In this document: one piece after another, positions 11,552 through 23,396 of the stretch
How positions within the stretch are numbered: the first letter of the stretch is position 1
Layout: each line of letters begins with the position of its first letter
Assembly: GCA_049860595.1 (NCBI GenBank)
Contig: CP187551.1
Length of the DNA stretch: 64,000 bases
Direction: 5' to 3' (one strand)
Source of the DNA: Methanocaldococcus sp. 16A
GTDB lineage: Archaea > AGJL01 > Methanococci > Methanococcales > Methanocaldococcaceae
The notes under the pieces: model-generated
What the model was told of the DNA's origin: nothing
Seen by the model: the letters and a program-made list of their open reading frames with translations, nothing else
Databases searched by the model: none
Position numbers and translations under genes: made by a program

Positions 11552-14233
11552 TTATTGTTTATTTTTAACGAATTCAATGACTTTCTTCTTAATCTCCTCT
11601 ATATCTCCTTCATATTTTCCTTGAGCTAAATGTTCTCTTCCTCCTCCTTTAGCAATATATCTTATAAGCTCATTCATCTTTATATCAACATTTTCTCCTC
11701 TTTTGCATAGTATATTGCCCTTATCATTTAATAATACAACTATAGCTTTTTCAGTAGCTAAGTTATCAGCTATATTCAACATTTCCTTTGGATTTGCATC
11801 AACTTTTTCAACTAAAACTTTGTAATTTCCAATTGTCTCAAACTTATTCATTAATTCAAATTTCTTAAGTTCTCCTATCTTTTTCTCTAACTCCTCTATC
11901 TTCTTTCTTTGTTCTTTCCACTCTTCAAAGAATCTCTTTATAACTTTTGGTAATTCTTCAGCAGGACATCTTAAAATTTCAGCACTCTCCTCTAAAGTAT
12001 CTTCCATATCTTGAACTGCTTTTAAAGCACTTAAACCACTTGAATAAATCAGCCTTTCTACTCCATCTTGAACTCTTTCTGTCTTAATTATCTTTATAAA
12101 CCCAACTTCTCCAGTCTTTTGGCAATGTGTTCCTCCACATGCTTGAACATCCACAATATCTCCATTTTCATCCTCAATAATAAGTATTCTCAAAACATTT
12201 CCTGGAACAACTCCCCCTTGATATATTCTAAATCCAAACTTCTCTTCAGCTTCATTTCTATCCATAAACACACTTTTTACATTGTAGTTATTTAGAACAA
12301 TTTCATTAGCTATTCTCTCAATTTCTTTCAGTTCTTCTCTGCTTATTCTCTTATAGTGAGTTATGTCCAATCTTGCTTTATCTACATCAACATCTGAACC
12401 TGCCTGCCAAACATGCTTTCCTAAAACTTTTTGAGCTGCTGCATTTATAATGTGTGTTGCAGTGTGGTTTCTCATTAAACTCAACCTTCTATCCCAATCA
12501 ATAACTCCTCTAATAATATCTCCTTCTTTTAATTCATCATTTAAGTTTTCTATTTTATGATATGCAATGTCATTTTCTTTCTGCACATCAATAACTCTAA
12601 ACTTCTTATCTCCTTTTATTATATATCCTGTATCTGCCTTCTGCCCTCCTCCCTCTGGATAAAAGGCAGTTTTATCTAAGATTATATAATCATCAACAAC
12701 CTTTAATATTTTTGCCTCAAACTCTTTCATTTTTGGATATTTGTAAAACAATAGTTCAGTTTTTTCAACATCAACTTCTGGCAATTTAATTTTTTCTTTA
12801 ATTTCTTCTCTGTTTTCGTGTCTCTCAGCAACTATTGTATAAAAGTTATCTGGAATGCTAATATCTTTCCCTAAAGATTTAGCGACATCTTTAACTATTT
12901 CTGGAGGTAATCCATGGCTGTCATACAACTCAATTAAATTATCTAAATCTATGGTTTTTTTACTCTTTAACAATCTCTCCACAATACCTTTACCTCTTTC
13001 AATTGTCTGTCTATATTTATTTGTCTCAATTTCTAAGATTTCCATAATATAATCTTCCATATCCAATAGCTCTGGATATAAATCTTTCATATCTTTCAAT
13101 TGCATTGCAACAATCTCAGTTATTGGTATTGAGAGGTTTAATCTATCCATATGTCTTAATGTTTTCCTTATAAGCATTCTAACTAAATATCCATCTTTAA
13201 CGTTTGATGGTACTATTCCATCTCCTAACATGAAAGCTAAAGCTCTTGTGTGGTCTGCTATTGCATAGATATCTTCATAAGGAGCTATTAACTTGTCTAA
13301 TTCATCAACTGGAATATTTACTTTATTAGCAACCTCCTCCCTCAACTTTCTTAAATCTCCAACATCCTTAACATCCATCAAACCAGCAACTTCAGTTATC
13401 TTAGCTAATATCTCCTTATCTATATCCTTAACTCCAGCATTTTCCTTCAATTTATTAACAACATTTTTAAATATGGCATCATATATTGTTGGTTCTCCAG
13501 TTGAAGCCCAGACAAACCTTTCAATTCCATAACCAGTATCAACTATTTTTAATGGTATCTCTTTATAGCTATCTCCAACTTTCTCATACTGCATAAAAAC
13601 TAAAGTAGCTAATTCAACTCCATGTGTTATTACCTCATAGCACGGCCCAGCATTTCCTCCTCCTTCCCACCAACTCTCAATGAATGTTATAGATTTCTCA
13701 TCAATTCCTAATTTTTTAAAGAAATTAAAACAAAGCTCAACAGTTTCATCCTGCCAATATTTAAAATCATCTTCTCTATTAAAAGCATGATGTCCTCCCA
13801 TTGTGAAACATGTTAAATGCCTTCCAGTCCTTCCAACGTTATCTATATCGTTCAACCTAATACATGGCTGAGCTATAACTAAAGGATTAGCTTTTGGCTT
13901 CACTATACCTTTAGTAACCCATGGTTGAAATACTGCTATAGAAGCTATTGTTAATAAAATATCATCTCTCCATCTTCTTGCAGTTACAGGAGCTCTTTTT
14001 ATTGGTTCATGCCCATGCTCTTTAAAGAAGTTTATAAATTCATTAACCATCTCTTTATAATCATAAGGCTTTTTAGTTATTGGTTTTCCTATAAAGGAAT
14101 AGATATCACAAGGTGCATCCCCACATGTTTCTCTCTCCTCATCTAAAGTCCAAAAGTATTGCCCACATTTTTTACACTTCTTTCTTACAAATCCTAATTC
14201 ATCAAACAATTTTACTTTGTAATTGTGCTCCAT
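11552..14233 (-). CDS. alaS: Alanine--tRNA ligase
   Basis: [26 protein letters not shown] and CGGTH editing motif, GGGR C-terminus. Confidence 0.97.
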   Translation of the reverse strand: MEHNYKVKLFDELGFVRKKCKKCGQYFWTLDEERETCGDAPCDIYSFIGKPITKKPYDYKEMVNEFINFFKEHGHEPIKRAPVTARRWRDDILLTIASIAVFQPWVTKGIVKPKANPLVIAQPCIRLNDIDNVGRTGRHLTCFTMGGHHAFNREDDFKYWQDETVELCFNFFKKLGIDEKSITFIESWWEGGGNAGPCYEVITHGVELATLVFMQYEKVGDSYKEIPLKIVDTGYGIERFVWASTGEPTIYDAIFKNVVNKLKENAGVKDIDKEILAKITEVAGLMDVKDVGDLRKLREEVANKVNIPVDELDKLIAPYEDIYAIADHTRALAFMLGDGIVPSNVKDGYLVRMLIRKTLRHMDRLNLSIPITEIVAMQLKDMKDLYPELLDMEDYIMEILEIETNKYRQTIERGKGIVERLLKSKKTIDLDNLIELYDSHGLPPEIVKDVAKSLGKDISIPDNFYTIVAERHENREEIKEKIKLPEVDVEKTELLFYKYPKMKEFEAKILKVVDDYIILDKTAFYPEGGGQKADTGYIIKGDKKFRVIDVQKENDIAYHKIENLNDELKEGDIIRGVIDWDRRLSLMRNHTATHIINAAAQKVLGKHVWQAGSDVDVDKARLDITHYKRISREELKEIERIANEIVLNNYNVKSVFMDRNEAEEKFGFRIYQGGVVPGNVLRILIIEDENGDIVDVQACGGTHCQKTGEVGFIKIIKTERVQDGVERLIYSSGLSALKAVQDMEDTLEESAEILRCPAEELPKVIKRFFEEWKEQRKKIEELEKKIGELKKFELMNKFETIGNYKVLVEKVDANPKEMLNIADNLATEKAIVVLLNDKGNILCKRGENVDIKMNELIRYIAKGGGREHLAQGKYEGDIEEIKKKVIEFVKNKQ

Positions 14234-14299
14234 CCCATCACCTTAATGATTTTTATAAGCTAATCTATGATTTAGGTAAGTTATATTTAAATATTAATT

Positions 14300-14385
14300 A
14301 AGACTTTCGCAGGAATAAATAACATTATTATTGAATATAGAAACCTAAAGGTGTCAAAGTTTCAAACTTTAATGTATAAAGTGTA
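14300..14385 (+). mobile_element. Degenerate MITE-like palindromic repeat (GGACTTTCGCAG family)
   Basis: Left end AAGACTTTCGCAGGAATAAAT and core GAATATAG...CCTAAAGGTGTCAAAGTT match the 50447 copy; right end eroded. Confidence 0.7.
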
Positions 14386-14399
14386 GGGATATATTTTAA

Positions 14400-14776
14400 T
14401 ATTCAAATAATATTTATCACGCTAAAACTTTTTTATTTTTAATTTAAATCTTTTTAAAAACTTATTTTTTGATTTTAAGGATTTTTAGGAAACTTCAAAG
14501 GGCGGTTTATTTTCAATATTTTATTTATTTGGATGTATTAAATTAGTAAGATTTTTATGGAATTTTAACTAATTACTTTTAGATTAAAATTTCTCCAATA
14601 AATAGTTTGATTTTTTAGTTAAGATGTTTTATTATGCTTTTTATTATGGATGCATAAAGTATTTATATTAGTTGTGGATTTATAAATAAAATAAGTAATT
14701 GAGTGGTAGAAATATATACCTCATAAATTAAAACCCTAAAAATGCTTAATTTCAATAAATTCAAAAAATGCCACCT
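14400..14776 (+). promoter_or_regulatory. CRISPR leader
   Basis: AT-rich non-coding stretch abutting the first repeat; the degenerate repeats are at the opposite end of the array. Confidence 0.7.
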
Positions 14777-17700
14777 ATTAAAGTCAGACCGATTCGGTAT
14801 GGAAAGATATATCTAGATAGTCAATATAGCTAATTGATACTATTATAATTAAAGTCAGACCGATTCGGTATGGAAAGATATCATGAATGCTAGTAAATGA
14901 TTATAATTAAAGTCAGACCGATTCGGTATGGAAAGATAATATTAGACTAGATTCAGAATTATAGATTAAAGTCAGACCGATTCGGTATGGAAAGGGAAGA
15001 GTCAGAACATACTTGAAAAGAAGATATGGAATTAAAGTCAGACCGATTCGGTATGGAAAGTGTCTTTGAACATGTTCCCCCACCATAAGTTTAATTATTA
15101 AAGTCAGACCGATTCGGTATGGAAAGCAATCCTTGTTCATGGAAGTAATTACACAATTTTACATTAAAGTCAGACCGATTCGGTATGGAAAGGAATTTGG
15201 AGAGCAATATGCAAGATGGTTGGATAATTAAAGTCAGACCGATTCGGTATGGAAAGTTGAATCTCTAAGAAATACCATATTATTGTTCCAACGATAATTA
15301 AAGTCAGACCGATTCGGTATGGAAAGTTTTATAAAATCTATATTTTTCTGGAATATTGCCATTAAAGTCAGACCGATTCGGTATGGAAACGGGAAAGGAT
15401 ATTTATGAAACCATCTGGAATATAATATATTAAAGTCAGACCGATTCGGTATGGAAACATGGTTTATGGATTTGGACAAAAGTAAATATCTCTGCAAATT
15501 AAAGTCAGACCGATTCGGTATGGAAACACAATTACCGACGCAGTTCCACCTATAACTTCTGCAATTAAAGTCAGACCGATTCGGTATGGAAACTGAACAA
15601 GGATTGTGGGGGAAAGTAATAATTTACGATGAATTATTAAAGTCAGACCGATTCGGTATGGAAACTCTCCTTCATAAACACTAACAGTAATTGAGCTTGG
15701 ATACATTATTAAAGTCAGACCGATTCGGTATGGAAACATAATACAATCAACAATATTGAAGAAAGTGTAAAGAATTAAAGTCAGACCGATTCGGTATGGA
15801 AACTAAGTTTAATTTTGTTCTTTAAATCCTTCAAAGTTATTCTATTAAAGTCAGACCGATTCGGTATGGAAACATGTTTATTTATGCATTAGTTATGATT
15901 GCTGTAGATTAAAGTCAGACCGATTCGGTATGGAAACCAGTTCTAAAATTCTTGCCATTGCTGATAATTCAATTAAAGTCAGACCGATTCGGTATGGAAA
16001 CTTAAGAAATCAAGGTTTTGGGAATTGTTATGGAATTAAAGTCAGACCGATTCGGTATGGAAACCATCAGTATTGGAAAATAAACTAACATTAGCTTCAA
16101 ATCATTAAAGTCAGACCGATTCGGTATGGAAACTTAAGAAATCAAGGTTTTGGGAATTGTTATGGAATTAAAGTCAGACCGATTCGGTATGGAAACCATC
16201 AGTATTGGAAAATAAACTAACATTAGCTTCAAATCATTAAAGTCAGACCGATTCGGTATGGAAACTATATTGCTTTTTCAGGAGGTAAGGATTCTACAGC
16301 ATATTAAAGTCAGACCGATTCGGTATGGAAACAGCAGAGCTTCAAGCAGCACTTGCAGAAAGAAAAAGAAGAATTAAAGTCAGACCGATTCGGTATGGAA
16401 ACCTTAGAGATTGGAGCTGGAAGGATGTTTGGGCTTAATTAAAGTCAGACCGATTCGGTATGGAAACTATTCTCAATGCTGACCTGCTAATAAATCTCTT
16501 CACATCTAATTAAAGTCAGACCGATTCGGTATGGAAACTTTTATCTCTTTACAAAGAGGAACGCACTTGCTGTTAAATTAAAGTCAGACCGATTCGGTAT
16601 GGAAACCAGTATGGTTTAGTTCGTTATAGCTGAAGGCCTTAAATTAAAGTCAGACCGATTCGGTATGGAAACTTTATTACTGCATATATTGGTATGGTGG
16701 TGTTATTTATTAAAGTCAGACCGATTCGGTATGGAAACTTCTCTTGGTGTAACATTTTCACCAGCAAGAGCTCTAACTGATTAAAGTCAGACCGATTCGG
16801 TATGGAAACAGTGTTCCTGTTTTATAAATTTGTCCATTCACATATAATTAAAGTCAGACCGATTCGGTATGGAAACTGTTTGAATATACAATCTGTTTTT
16901 CTAAGTCGAATGTTATTAAAGTCAGACCGATTCGGTATGGAAACATTGCAAAAATAGCATATTATCATATAGTTTTGACAATTAAAGTCAGACCGATTCG
17001 GTATGGAAACTAGAAAGGTGTAGAAAAGAGCTAATATTATTTATGGTGAATTAAAGTCAGACCGATTCGGTATGGAAACTTGGGACTTCAGCTGAAGATG
17101 CTATATACGTCAGGAATTAAAGTCAGACCGATTCGGTATGGAAACCAAAAATTTTTTAGATTATGTAAGGAATAACTGTAACTATTAAAGTCAGACCGAT
17201 TCGGTATGGAAACTTGTTTTTGCCCTGATTTGGTTAGATAGATAAAAAAATTAAAATTAAAGTCAGACCGATTCGGTATGGAAACTACTTTACAAGAAAA
17301 GCAGATTATACTGGAAACTATTAAAGTCAGACCGATTCGGTATGGAAACGGAGTTGGGAAAACTGTGATGATGAGGAAAGTTGCTCAAATTATTAAAGTC
17401 AGACCGATTCGGTATGGAAACAGCTTCTTTTTCACTCCCATTTTCAATGAGTTCTTTAAATTAAAGTCAGACCGATTCGGTATGGAAACTACAGCTTGCT
17501 TTAGAGCTTGATAAAACATTCGACTTAGAATTAAAGTCAGACCGATTCGGTATGGAAACAAAGTTTTAGGCAATCCAATGACGTCAGCTAATTTATTAAA
17601 GTCAGACCGATTCGGTATGGAAACTCACAGCCAATAAAAAAAGCAAGATGAGATTAATAAAATAATTAAAGTCAGACCGATTCGGTATGGAAACGAGGAA

Positions 17701-19255
17701 GTTTTGGAACTGAAAACCAATGCAATGAGAAGATTAAAGTCAGACCGATTCGGTATGGAAACACGATTAATGTGACAACATTAGCAAATACTGTAATGAA
17801 TTAAAGTCAGACCGATTCGGTATGGAAACTTGCAAATTTAAAAAACAAATAAAATAAAGCTCTATTAAACATTAAAGTCAGACCGATTCGGTATGGAAAC
17901 AGCTCTTCAAGTAATTGTTTTTGCATCTTAAGATATTGAATTATTAAAGTCAGACCGATTCGGTATGGAAACTTCAACCCCCCCAATTTTTGTTGATAAT
18001 ATATGACAAATTAAAGTCAGACCGATTCGGTATGGAAACCAACAATTAGGATTTATGGATAAATTAGCTCTATCATTAAAGTCAGACCGATTCGGTATGG
18101 AAACTTAATGCATCTTCTGGTTTTAAATTTAGGATTTCGTCTAACATTAAAGTCAGACCGATTCGGTATGGAAACCCAACTGTTGAAGAAATACATCAAA
18201 AACAAATGCTATTAAAGTCAGACCGATTCGGTATGGAAACAGAAATTAGGTTACAAGAGCCGATAGAAGAAACATGATTAAAGTCAGACCGATTCGGTAT
18301 GGAAACTCATATCTACAACTTTGTCGATTATTTCCACAAGAAATTAAAGTCAGACCGATTCGGTATGGAAACATCTAATTGACTTTATTCTCTTCTCAAT
18401 ATCATCATCCTTCTCATTAAAGTCAGACCGATTCGGTATGGAAACATACATAAGCTGTTACTTTTGTGATATGAACACAGTTCTCATTAAAGTCAGACCG
18501 ATTCGGTATGGAAACTTTAAGAATTACAAAGTATTTAGATAATTCATTATTATTAAAGTCAGACCGATTCGGTATGGAAACATATTCTTTTTGTGATGCA
18601 AAGTATAAATTCCAGTATTAAAGTCAGACCGATTCGGTATGGAAACATATTCTTTTTGTGATGCAAAGTATAAATTCCAGTATTAAAGTCAGACCGATTC
18701 GGTATGGAAACTCAATCCAATGTCCATTTTCTTCATCTTCTCTACAACCACAATTAAAGTCAGACCGATTCGGTATGGAAACCTCTGTCTTTTCATCAAA
18801 ATAACAAATCCCGCATCTATTAAAGTCAGACCGATTCGGTATGGAAATATCCAAAAAGACGATGATGATATTGAGAGTATGATTATTAAAGTCAGACCGA
18901 TTCGGTATGGAAATATCCAAAAAGACGATGATGATATTGAGAGTATGATTATTAAAGTCAGACCGATTCGGTATGGAAATATCCAAAAAGACGATGATGA
19001 TATTGAGAGTATGATTATTAAAGTCAGACCGATTCGGTATGGAAATATCCAAAAAGACGATGATGATATTGAGAGTATGATTATTAAAGTCAGACCGATT
19101 CGGTATGGAAATAAGGGGCTTAATTGGACATAGAACATATACACATACTTTATAATTAAAATCAGATCGATACAGTATGGAAACGTTTTAGAAGTCCATA
19201 ACTCAAAGAAATCGGTGTTATAATTTTATTAAAATCAGACTGATAATGTAGGGGA
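14777..19255 (+). CRISPR. CRISPR array, repeat ATTAAAGTCAGACCGATTCGGTATGGAAAC (30 bp), about 65 intact plus 2 degenerate repeats; no cas genes in the window
   Basis: Regular 30-bp repeats with mostly 33-43-bp spacers from 14777 to 19112; degenerate copies at 19155 and 19228. Confidence 0.99.
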
Positions 19256-19572
19256 TATAGTTTTCTTTTTTCTTTAATAAAAATGGATTCTATTTTTTTA
19301 GCTACCCTAATTAAAACCATACTAATTCAAAACATTGACTTTTTTATAAACCTCATAGATTTTACATTAAATTCTCGCATAATCGTTTTGATTTCTAAAT
19401 TTAAAATAAACAATTACCTTATTTTCTTTAAAACTTCGATTTCCTTTATCAGAATATTCTCCTCGAAAAGGTAAAATATTTTTGAAATATATTACAATTA
19501 TTTTGATATAAAAAACTCAACTTTTTTATACAGTTTATTCAAACTATAACACAAAAAATATTTGGGGATAGA

Positions 19573-20214
19573 ATGCCAAAGTTGATGTTAGCCCTCGATG
19601 TTTTAAATAAAGAGGATGCCTTAAAGATAACTGAAGAGGTTAAAGATTACGTTGATGCTATAAAAGTTGGATACCCTTTAGTTTTATCTGCTGGAATAGA
19701 AATTATAGAAGAAATAAAAAAAATCTGCAATAAGGAGGTTATATGCGATTTTAAGGTTGCAGATATTCCATCAACAAATGAGAAGATAGCAAAGATAGCT
19801 TTAAAATATGCTGATGGGATAATAGTCCATGGTTTTGTTGGAGAAGACTCTGTTAAAGCAGTTCAAGATGTTGCTAAAAAATTAAATAAAAAAGTAATAA
19901 TGGTTACTGAAATGAGTCATCCTGGAGCTGTTCAATTTTTACAACCAATAGCTGATAAATTGGCAGAGATGGCTAAAAAGCTTAAAGTTGATGCTATTGT
20001 AGCCCCATCAACAAGACCAGAGAGGCTTAAAGAAATTAAAGAAATTGCAGAATTGCCAGTTATAACTCCAGGTGTTGGAGCTCAGGGAGGAAAAGTTGAA
20101 GATATAATAAATATCTTAGATGAAAATGATTACGTCATTGTTGGAAGGGCTATATATCAATCAAAAAATCCTAAAGAAGCAGCTAAAAAATTTAAAGAAA
20201 TGCTAACCAAGTGA
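19573..20214 (+). CDS. pyrF: Orotidine-5'-phosphate decarboxylase
   Basis: ALD, DFKVADIPSTN, TPGVGAQGG and IVGRAIY motifs. Confidence 0.96.
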   Translation: MPKLMLALDVLNKEDALKITEEVKDYVDAIKVGYPLVLSAGIEIIEEIKKICNKEVICDFKVADIPSTNEKIAKIALKYADGIIVHGFVGEDSVKAVQDVAKKLNKKVIMVTEMSHPGAVQFLQPIADKLAEMAKKLKVDAIVAPSTRPERLKEIKEIAELPVITPGVGAQGGKVEDIINILDENDYVIVGRAIYQSKNPKEAAKKFKEMLTK

Positions 20215-20218
20215 TAAA

Positions 20219-20686
20219 ATGAAAAAGAAAAAAGATATACTAATTGTTGGTTGTGGAAATCTCTTATTTGGAGATGACGGCTTTGGTTGTGAGGTTGTTA
20301 GCAGATTGGAAAAAATGGAACTCCCAGAGAACGTTGAAGTTATTGATGCTGGGGCTAGTGGAGCTTATTATTTAATGACCTTAGTTGATGAAGATATTAA
20401 AAAAATAATAGTTGTTGATGCTATTGATTTTAATTTAGAACCTGGAACAATAAAAAAGATAGATGTTGATGAACTACCAAATATTAGGAAATATTCCTTT
20501 GATGCTCACAACGTTCCATTAGCACCATTTCTCAAAGAGTTGCATGATAAAGGAATTGAAGTCGTAATTATTGGCTGCCAAGGTAAAGAATTTACAATGC
20601 CTGATATAAAACCAGGGCTCTCTGAAGAAGTAGCTAAAGCTGTAGATAAAGCAATAGAAATGATTTTAGAAGAGATAAAGAAATAA
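20219..20686 (+). CDS. Hydrogenase maturation endopeptidase (FrhD/HycI type)
   Basis: GCGNLLFGDDGFG, IVVDAID and DAHNVPL motifs. Confidence 0.9.
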   Translation: MKKKKDILIVGCGNLLFGDDGFGCEVVSRLEKMELPENVEVIDAGASGAYYLMTLVDEDIKKIIVVDAIDFNLEPGTIKKIDVDELPNIRKYSFDAHNVPLAPFLKELHDKGIEVVIIGCQGKEFTMPDIKPGLSEEVAKAVDKAIEMILEEIKK

Positions 20687-20696
20687 GGGATTTTAC

Positions 20697-21335
20697 ATGC
20701 TTAGAGAGATTTTGCAAGGAAACGCTGAAAAAGGGACAATAACTCAAATTTATGGACCACCAGGAGTAGGTAAGACAAATATATGCATTATAAACTCTAT
20801 AAATGCTGTTAATTTTGGGAAGGTAATTTATATTGATACTGAAGGAGGCTTATCAATAGAGAGGATTAAACAAATAGTCCCAGACAATTACCAAAAAGTT
20901 TTAGAAAGTATGATAATATACGATGTTTTTGATTTTTATGAGCAAGATAAAGTTATACAAAAAGAGCTTCCATTAATCGCCAATAATGCAAGTTTAATTG
21001 TGGTTGATAACATTACCTCTTTATATAGGTTAGAGTTGGGCGATGAAGCTAACAAAAACATCATGCTCAATAAAATGCTCGGTAATCAAGTAAAAACTTT
21101 ATTAAAATTGGCTAAAACAAAAAACTTAGCTGTTATAATAACAAATCAAGTAAGGGAAACTGTTAATGGCTTTGAAGCTTCTGGAGGGACTTTATTAGAA
21201 TATTGGAGTAAATGTATTGTTAGATTAGAAAAACTTAATGGAGATAGGTTAGCAATATTGGAAAAACATAGACATGCTGGAGAAGAAAATGTAAGGTTTA
21301 AGATAGTTGAAAGAGGTATAGAGATTCTTGATTGA
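20697..21335 (+). CDS. radB: DNA repair/recombination protein RadB
   Basis: Walker A GPPGVGKT, YIDTEGG, TNQV and the RadB-specific KHR. Confidence 0.93.
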   Translation: MLREILQGNAEKGTITQIYGPPGVGKTNICIINSINAVNFGKVIYIDTEGGLSIERIKQIVPDNYQKVLESMIIYDVFDFYEQDKVIQKELPLIANNASLIVVDNITSLYRLELGDEANKNIMLNKMLGNQVKTLLKLAKTKNLAVIITNQVRETVNGFEASGGTLLEYWSKCIVRLEKLNGDRLAILEKHRHAGEENVRFKIVERGIEILD

Positions 21336-21353
21336 ACTTTTTAATTTTTTAAT

Positions 21354-22109
21354 TTATACCTTCCCAAATGTGTCTCCTCTTAATCCTCTTCTTAATGTCT
21401 CTAAACTTATAACCTCATCAAAGGCAATATTTGCCAAATTAACTGAACTGCCAAACTTCAATATAAAAGCCACCTGCTGATTCTTCTGAGGGGCTTCAAA
21501 GATAACTTTCTTAATATCAACATTTTTAGCTAAGACATCTAATTCCTTTTCCTTTATCTTTCCCTCTTTATCAAACAGTCCAATACATTTACCGCTCTCT
21601 CTACCCTCAATAATAACGTAATCTGCTCCGGCATCTAAATCAAAGTTTATTAACTTAATTCTATCCTCTATAGTTAGTAGTCTATCTTTCTCTGGTAATT
21701 TTTTACCTACTTCAGTTAATACAATAAATTCATTATCTTTAGCTTTCTCTATAGCTTTTTTTCTTTCTTCTAAGCTTATATCTGAAGAACCATCAGAGAT
21801 TTCAATTGCCTCAAAGCCAAGTTTTTCACATTCATTTAAAAATTCATCAAATTTGTTTTTAATGTAGGCGTATTCAAATAATGTTCCTCCAGGATAAACC
21901 TTAATATCCCAATCTTTATAGTAGTTAATTTTTTCTTTAACAACATCTCTATTAATAACTGCAGAGGTTCCCCATCCAAACTTTACAAAATCTATATAAT
22001 CACCACAAACTTTTAAATAATCCTCAACAAATTTTGGAGGCAAACCTTTATCTAACACAACTGTCAAACCTCTATCAAAATCTTCATATAGGAATTCAAA
22101 AGCTTTCAT
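21354..22109 (-). CDS. comA: Phosphosulfolactate synthase (coenzyme M biosynthesis)
   Basis: VKFGWGT, PGGTLFE, EGRESG and LETLRRGLRGDT motifs. Confidence 0.95.
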   Translation of the reverse strand: MKAFEFLYEDFDRGLTVVLDKGLPPKFVEDYLKVCGDYIDFVKFGWGTSAVINRDVVKEKINYYKDWDIKVYPGGTLFEYAYIKNKFDEFLNECEKLGFEAIEISDGSSDISLEERKKAIEKAKDNEFIVLTEVGKKLPEKDRLLTIEDRIKLINFDLDAGADYVIIEGRESGKCIGLFDKEGKIKEKELDVLAKNVDIKKVIFEAPQKNQQVAFILKFGSSVNLANIAFDEVISLETLRRGLRGDTFGKV

Positions 22110-22300
22110 AATTTATCACCTTTTCTTTTAAGAAATTTTTATATATGATTTTTTTCTTATAATGTAAATATATTATAAAATTATAAAAAGTTTGATAGTA
22201 AATAGCAGAATTAAGTATATATTTTTTATGATTTATTTCCAAAATGGTTTAACTGGTTGAATGTAAAAGCATAATTTTATAGTAAAAGTAGAGGGATAAT

Positions 22301-22813
22301 ATGAGAGGTAGCTTAGCAATCTACAATGCCTTAAAAGAGGCGAATATAGATTTTATATGCTCTGTTCCATGTGCAAATCTAAAAAATTTGTTAAAATTAA
22401 TTGATGAAGATAAAAATATCATCCATATACCAGCAACAAGAGAGGAAGAAGCATTTGGAATATGTGCTGGAGCATATTTAGCAGGAAAGAAAACAGCAAT
22501 ATTACTACAGAATTCAGGAATTGGAAATTCAATAAATGCAATTGCTTCATTATACAAAACTTTCCAAATTCCTACATTATTAATAATCAGTCATAGAGGA
22601 GATTTGAAAGAGCAGATACCTGCTCAAATACCTATGGGAAGATGGATTGAAAAACTGTTAGATGTTTGTGAAATCCCTACTTACAAACCAAAAACTCCAG
22701 AAGAAGCTTATAAATTAATAAAATATGCTTCTTCCTATATGTATAAAATATCTTATCCTGTAGCTTTGTTATTTGATGCGTTATATTGGGAGTATGATTT
22801 AGAACAAAAGTAA
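22301..22813 (+). CDS. comD: Sulfopyruvate decarboxylase alpha subunit
   Basis: SVPC, TREEEAFGICAG and QNSGIGNSINA; adjacent to comA and comE. Confidence 0.93.
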   Translation: MRGSLAIYNALKEANIDFICSVPCANLKNLLKLIDEDKNIIHIPATREEEAFGICAGAYLAGKKTAILLQNSGIGNSINAIASLYKTFQIPTLLIISHRGDLKEQIPAQIPMGRWIEKLLDVCEIPTYKPKTPEEAYKLIKYASSYMYKISYPVALLFDALYWEYDLEQK

Positions 22814-22831
22814 AAAATAAGAGATGATACT

Positions 22832-23392
22832 ATGTATCCAAAGAGAATAGACATAATTAAAAAGATTGTTGAAAATGTTGGAGAAAAGGAAATAATAGTT
22901 AGCAATATTGGAATACCATCTAAAGAGGTGTATTATGTAAAAGATAGAGAAAGAAACTTTTATATGCTTGGTTCAATGGGATTAGCATCTTCTATTGGCT
23001 TAGGATTGGCTTTAAATTGTGAAGATAAGGTTATAGTTATAGATGGTGATGGCTCTATATTGATGAATTTAGGTTCCCTTTCTACAATAGGATATACAAA
23101 TCCAAAAAATTATATATTGGTTATAATAGATAATTCTGCTTATGGTTCTACAGGTAATCAAAAAACTCATACAAGCAAAAACACTAACTTAGAGAAGATA
23201 GCTAAGGGCTGTGGTTTAGATGCAATAACAACATATAGCTTAGAGGAATTTGAAAAAGAGTTTAAAAAAGCTTTAAATGAAAATAAATGCAAGGTTATTA
23301 TTGCTAAAGCAATCCCATACAATGAAAAATGTCCTAACATAGAGATTCCACCGGTTGTTTTAAAGTATAGATTTATGCAATCTTTAAAGTGA
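22832..23392 (+). CDS. comE: Sulfopyruvate decarboxylase beta subunit
   Basis: FYMLGSMGLASS and the ThDP motif GDGS...DN. Confidence 0.93.
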   Translation: MYPKRIDIIKKIVENVGEKEIIVSNIGIPSKEVYYVKDRERNFYMLGSMGLASSIGLGLALNCEDKVIVIDGDGSILMNLGSLSTIGYTNPKNYILVIIDNSAYGSTGNQKTHTSKNTNLEKIAKGCGLDAITTYSLEEFEKEFKKALNENKCKVIIAKAIPYNEKCPNIEIPPVVLKYRFMQSLK

Positions 23393-23396
23393 GAAT

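Noticed and set aside
14913-19144. ORFs with repeated FPYRIGLTL / IKVRPIRYG / SIPNRSDFN peptides
   Set aside because: These are translations of the CRISPR repeat in different frames, not genes.
19283-19474. 63-aa ORF after the CRISPR trailer
   Set aside because: AT-rich non-coding-like composition with no recognisable cas or other motif.
22301-23392. comD/comE as a frameshifted single gene
   Set aside because: Two-subunit sulfopyruvate decarboxylase is the normal state in Methanocaldococcus; each ORF has its own start and stop.
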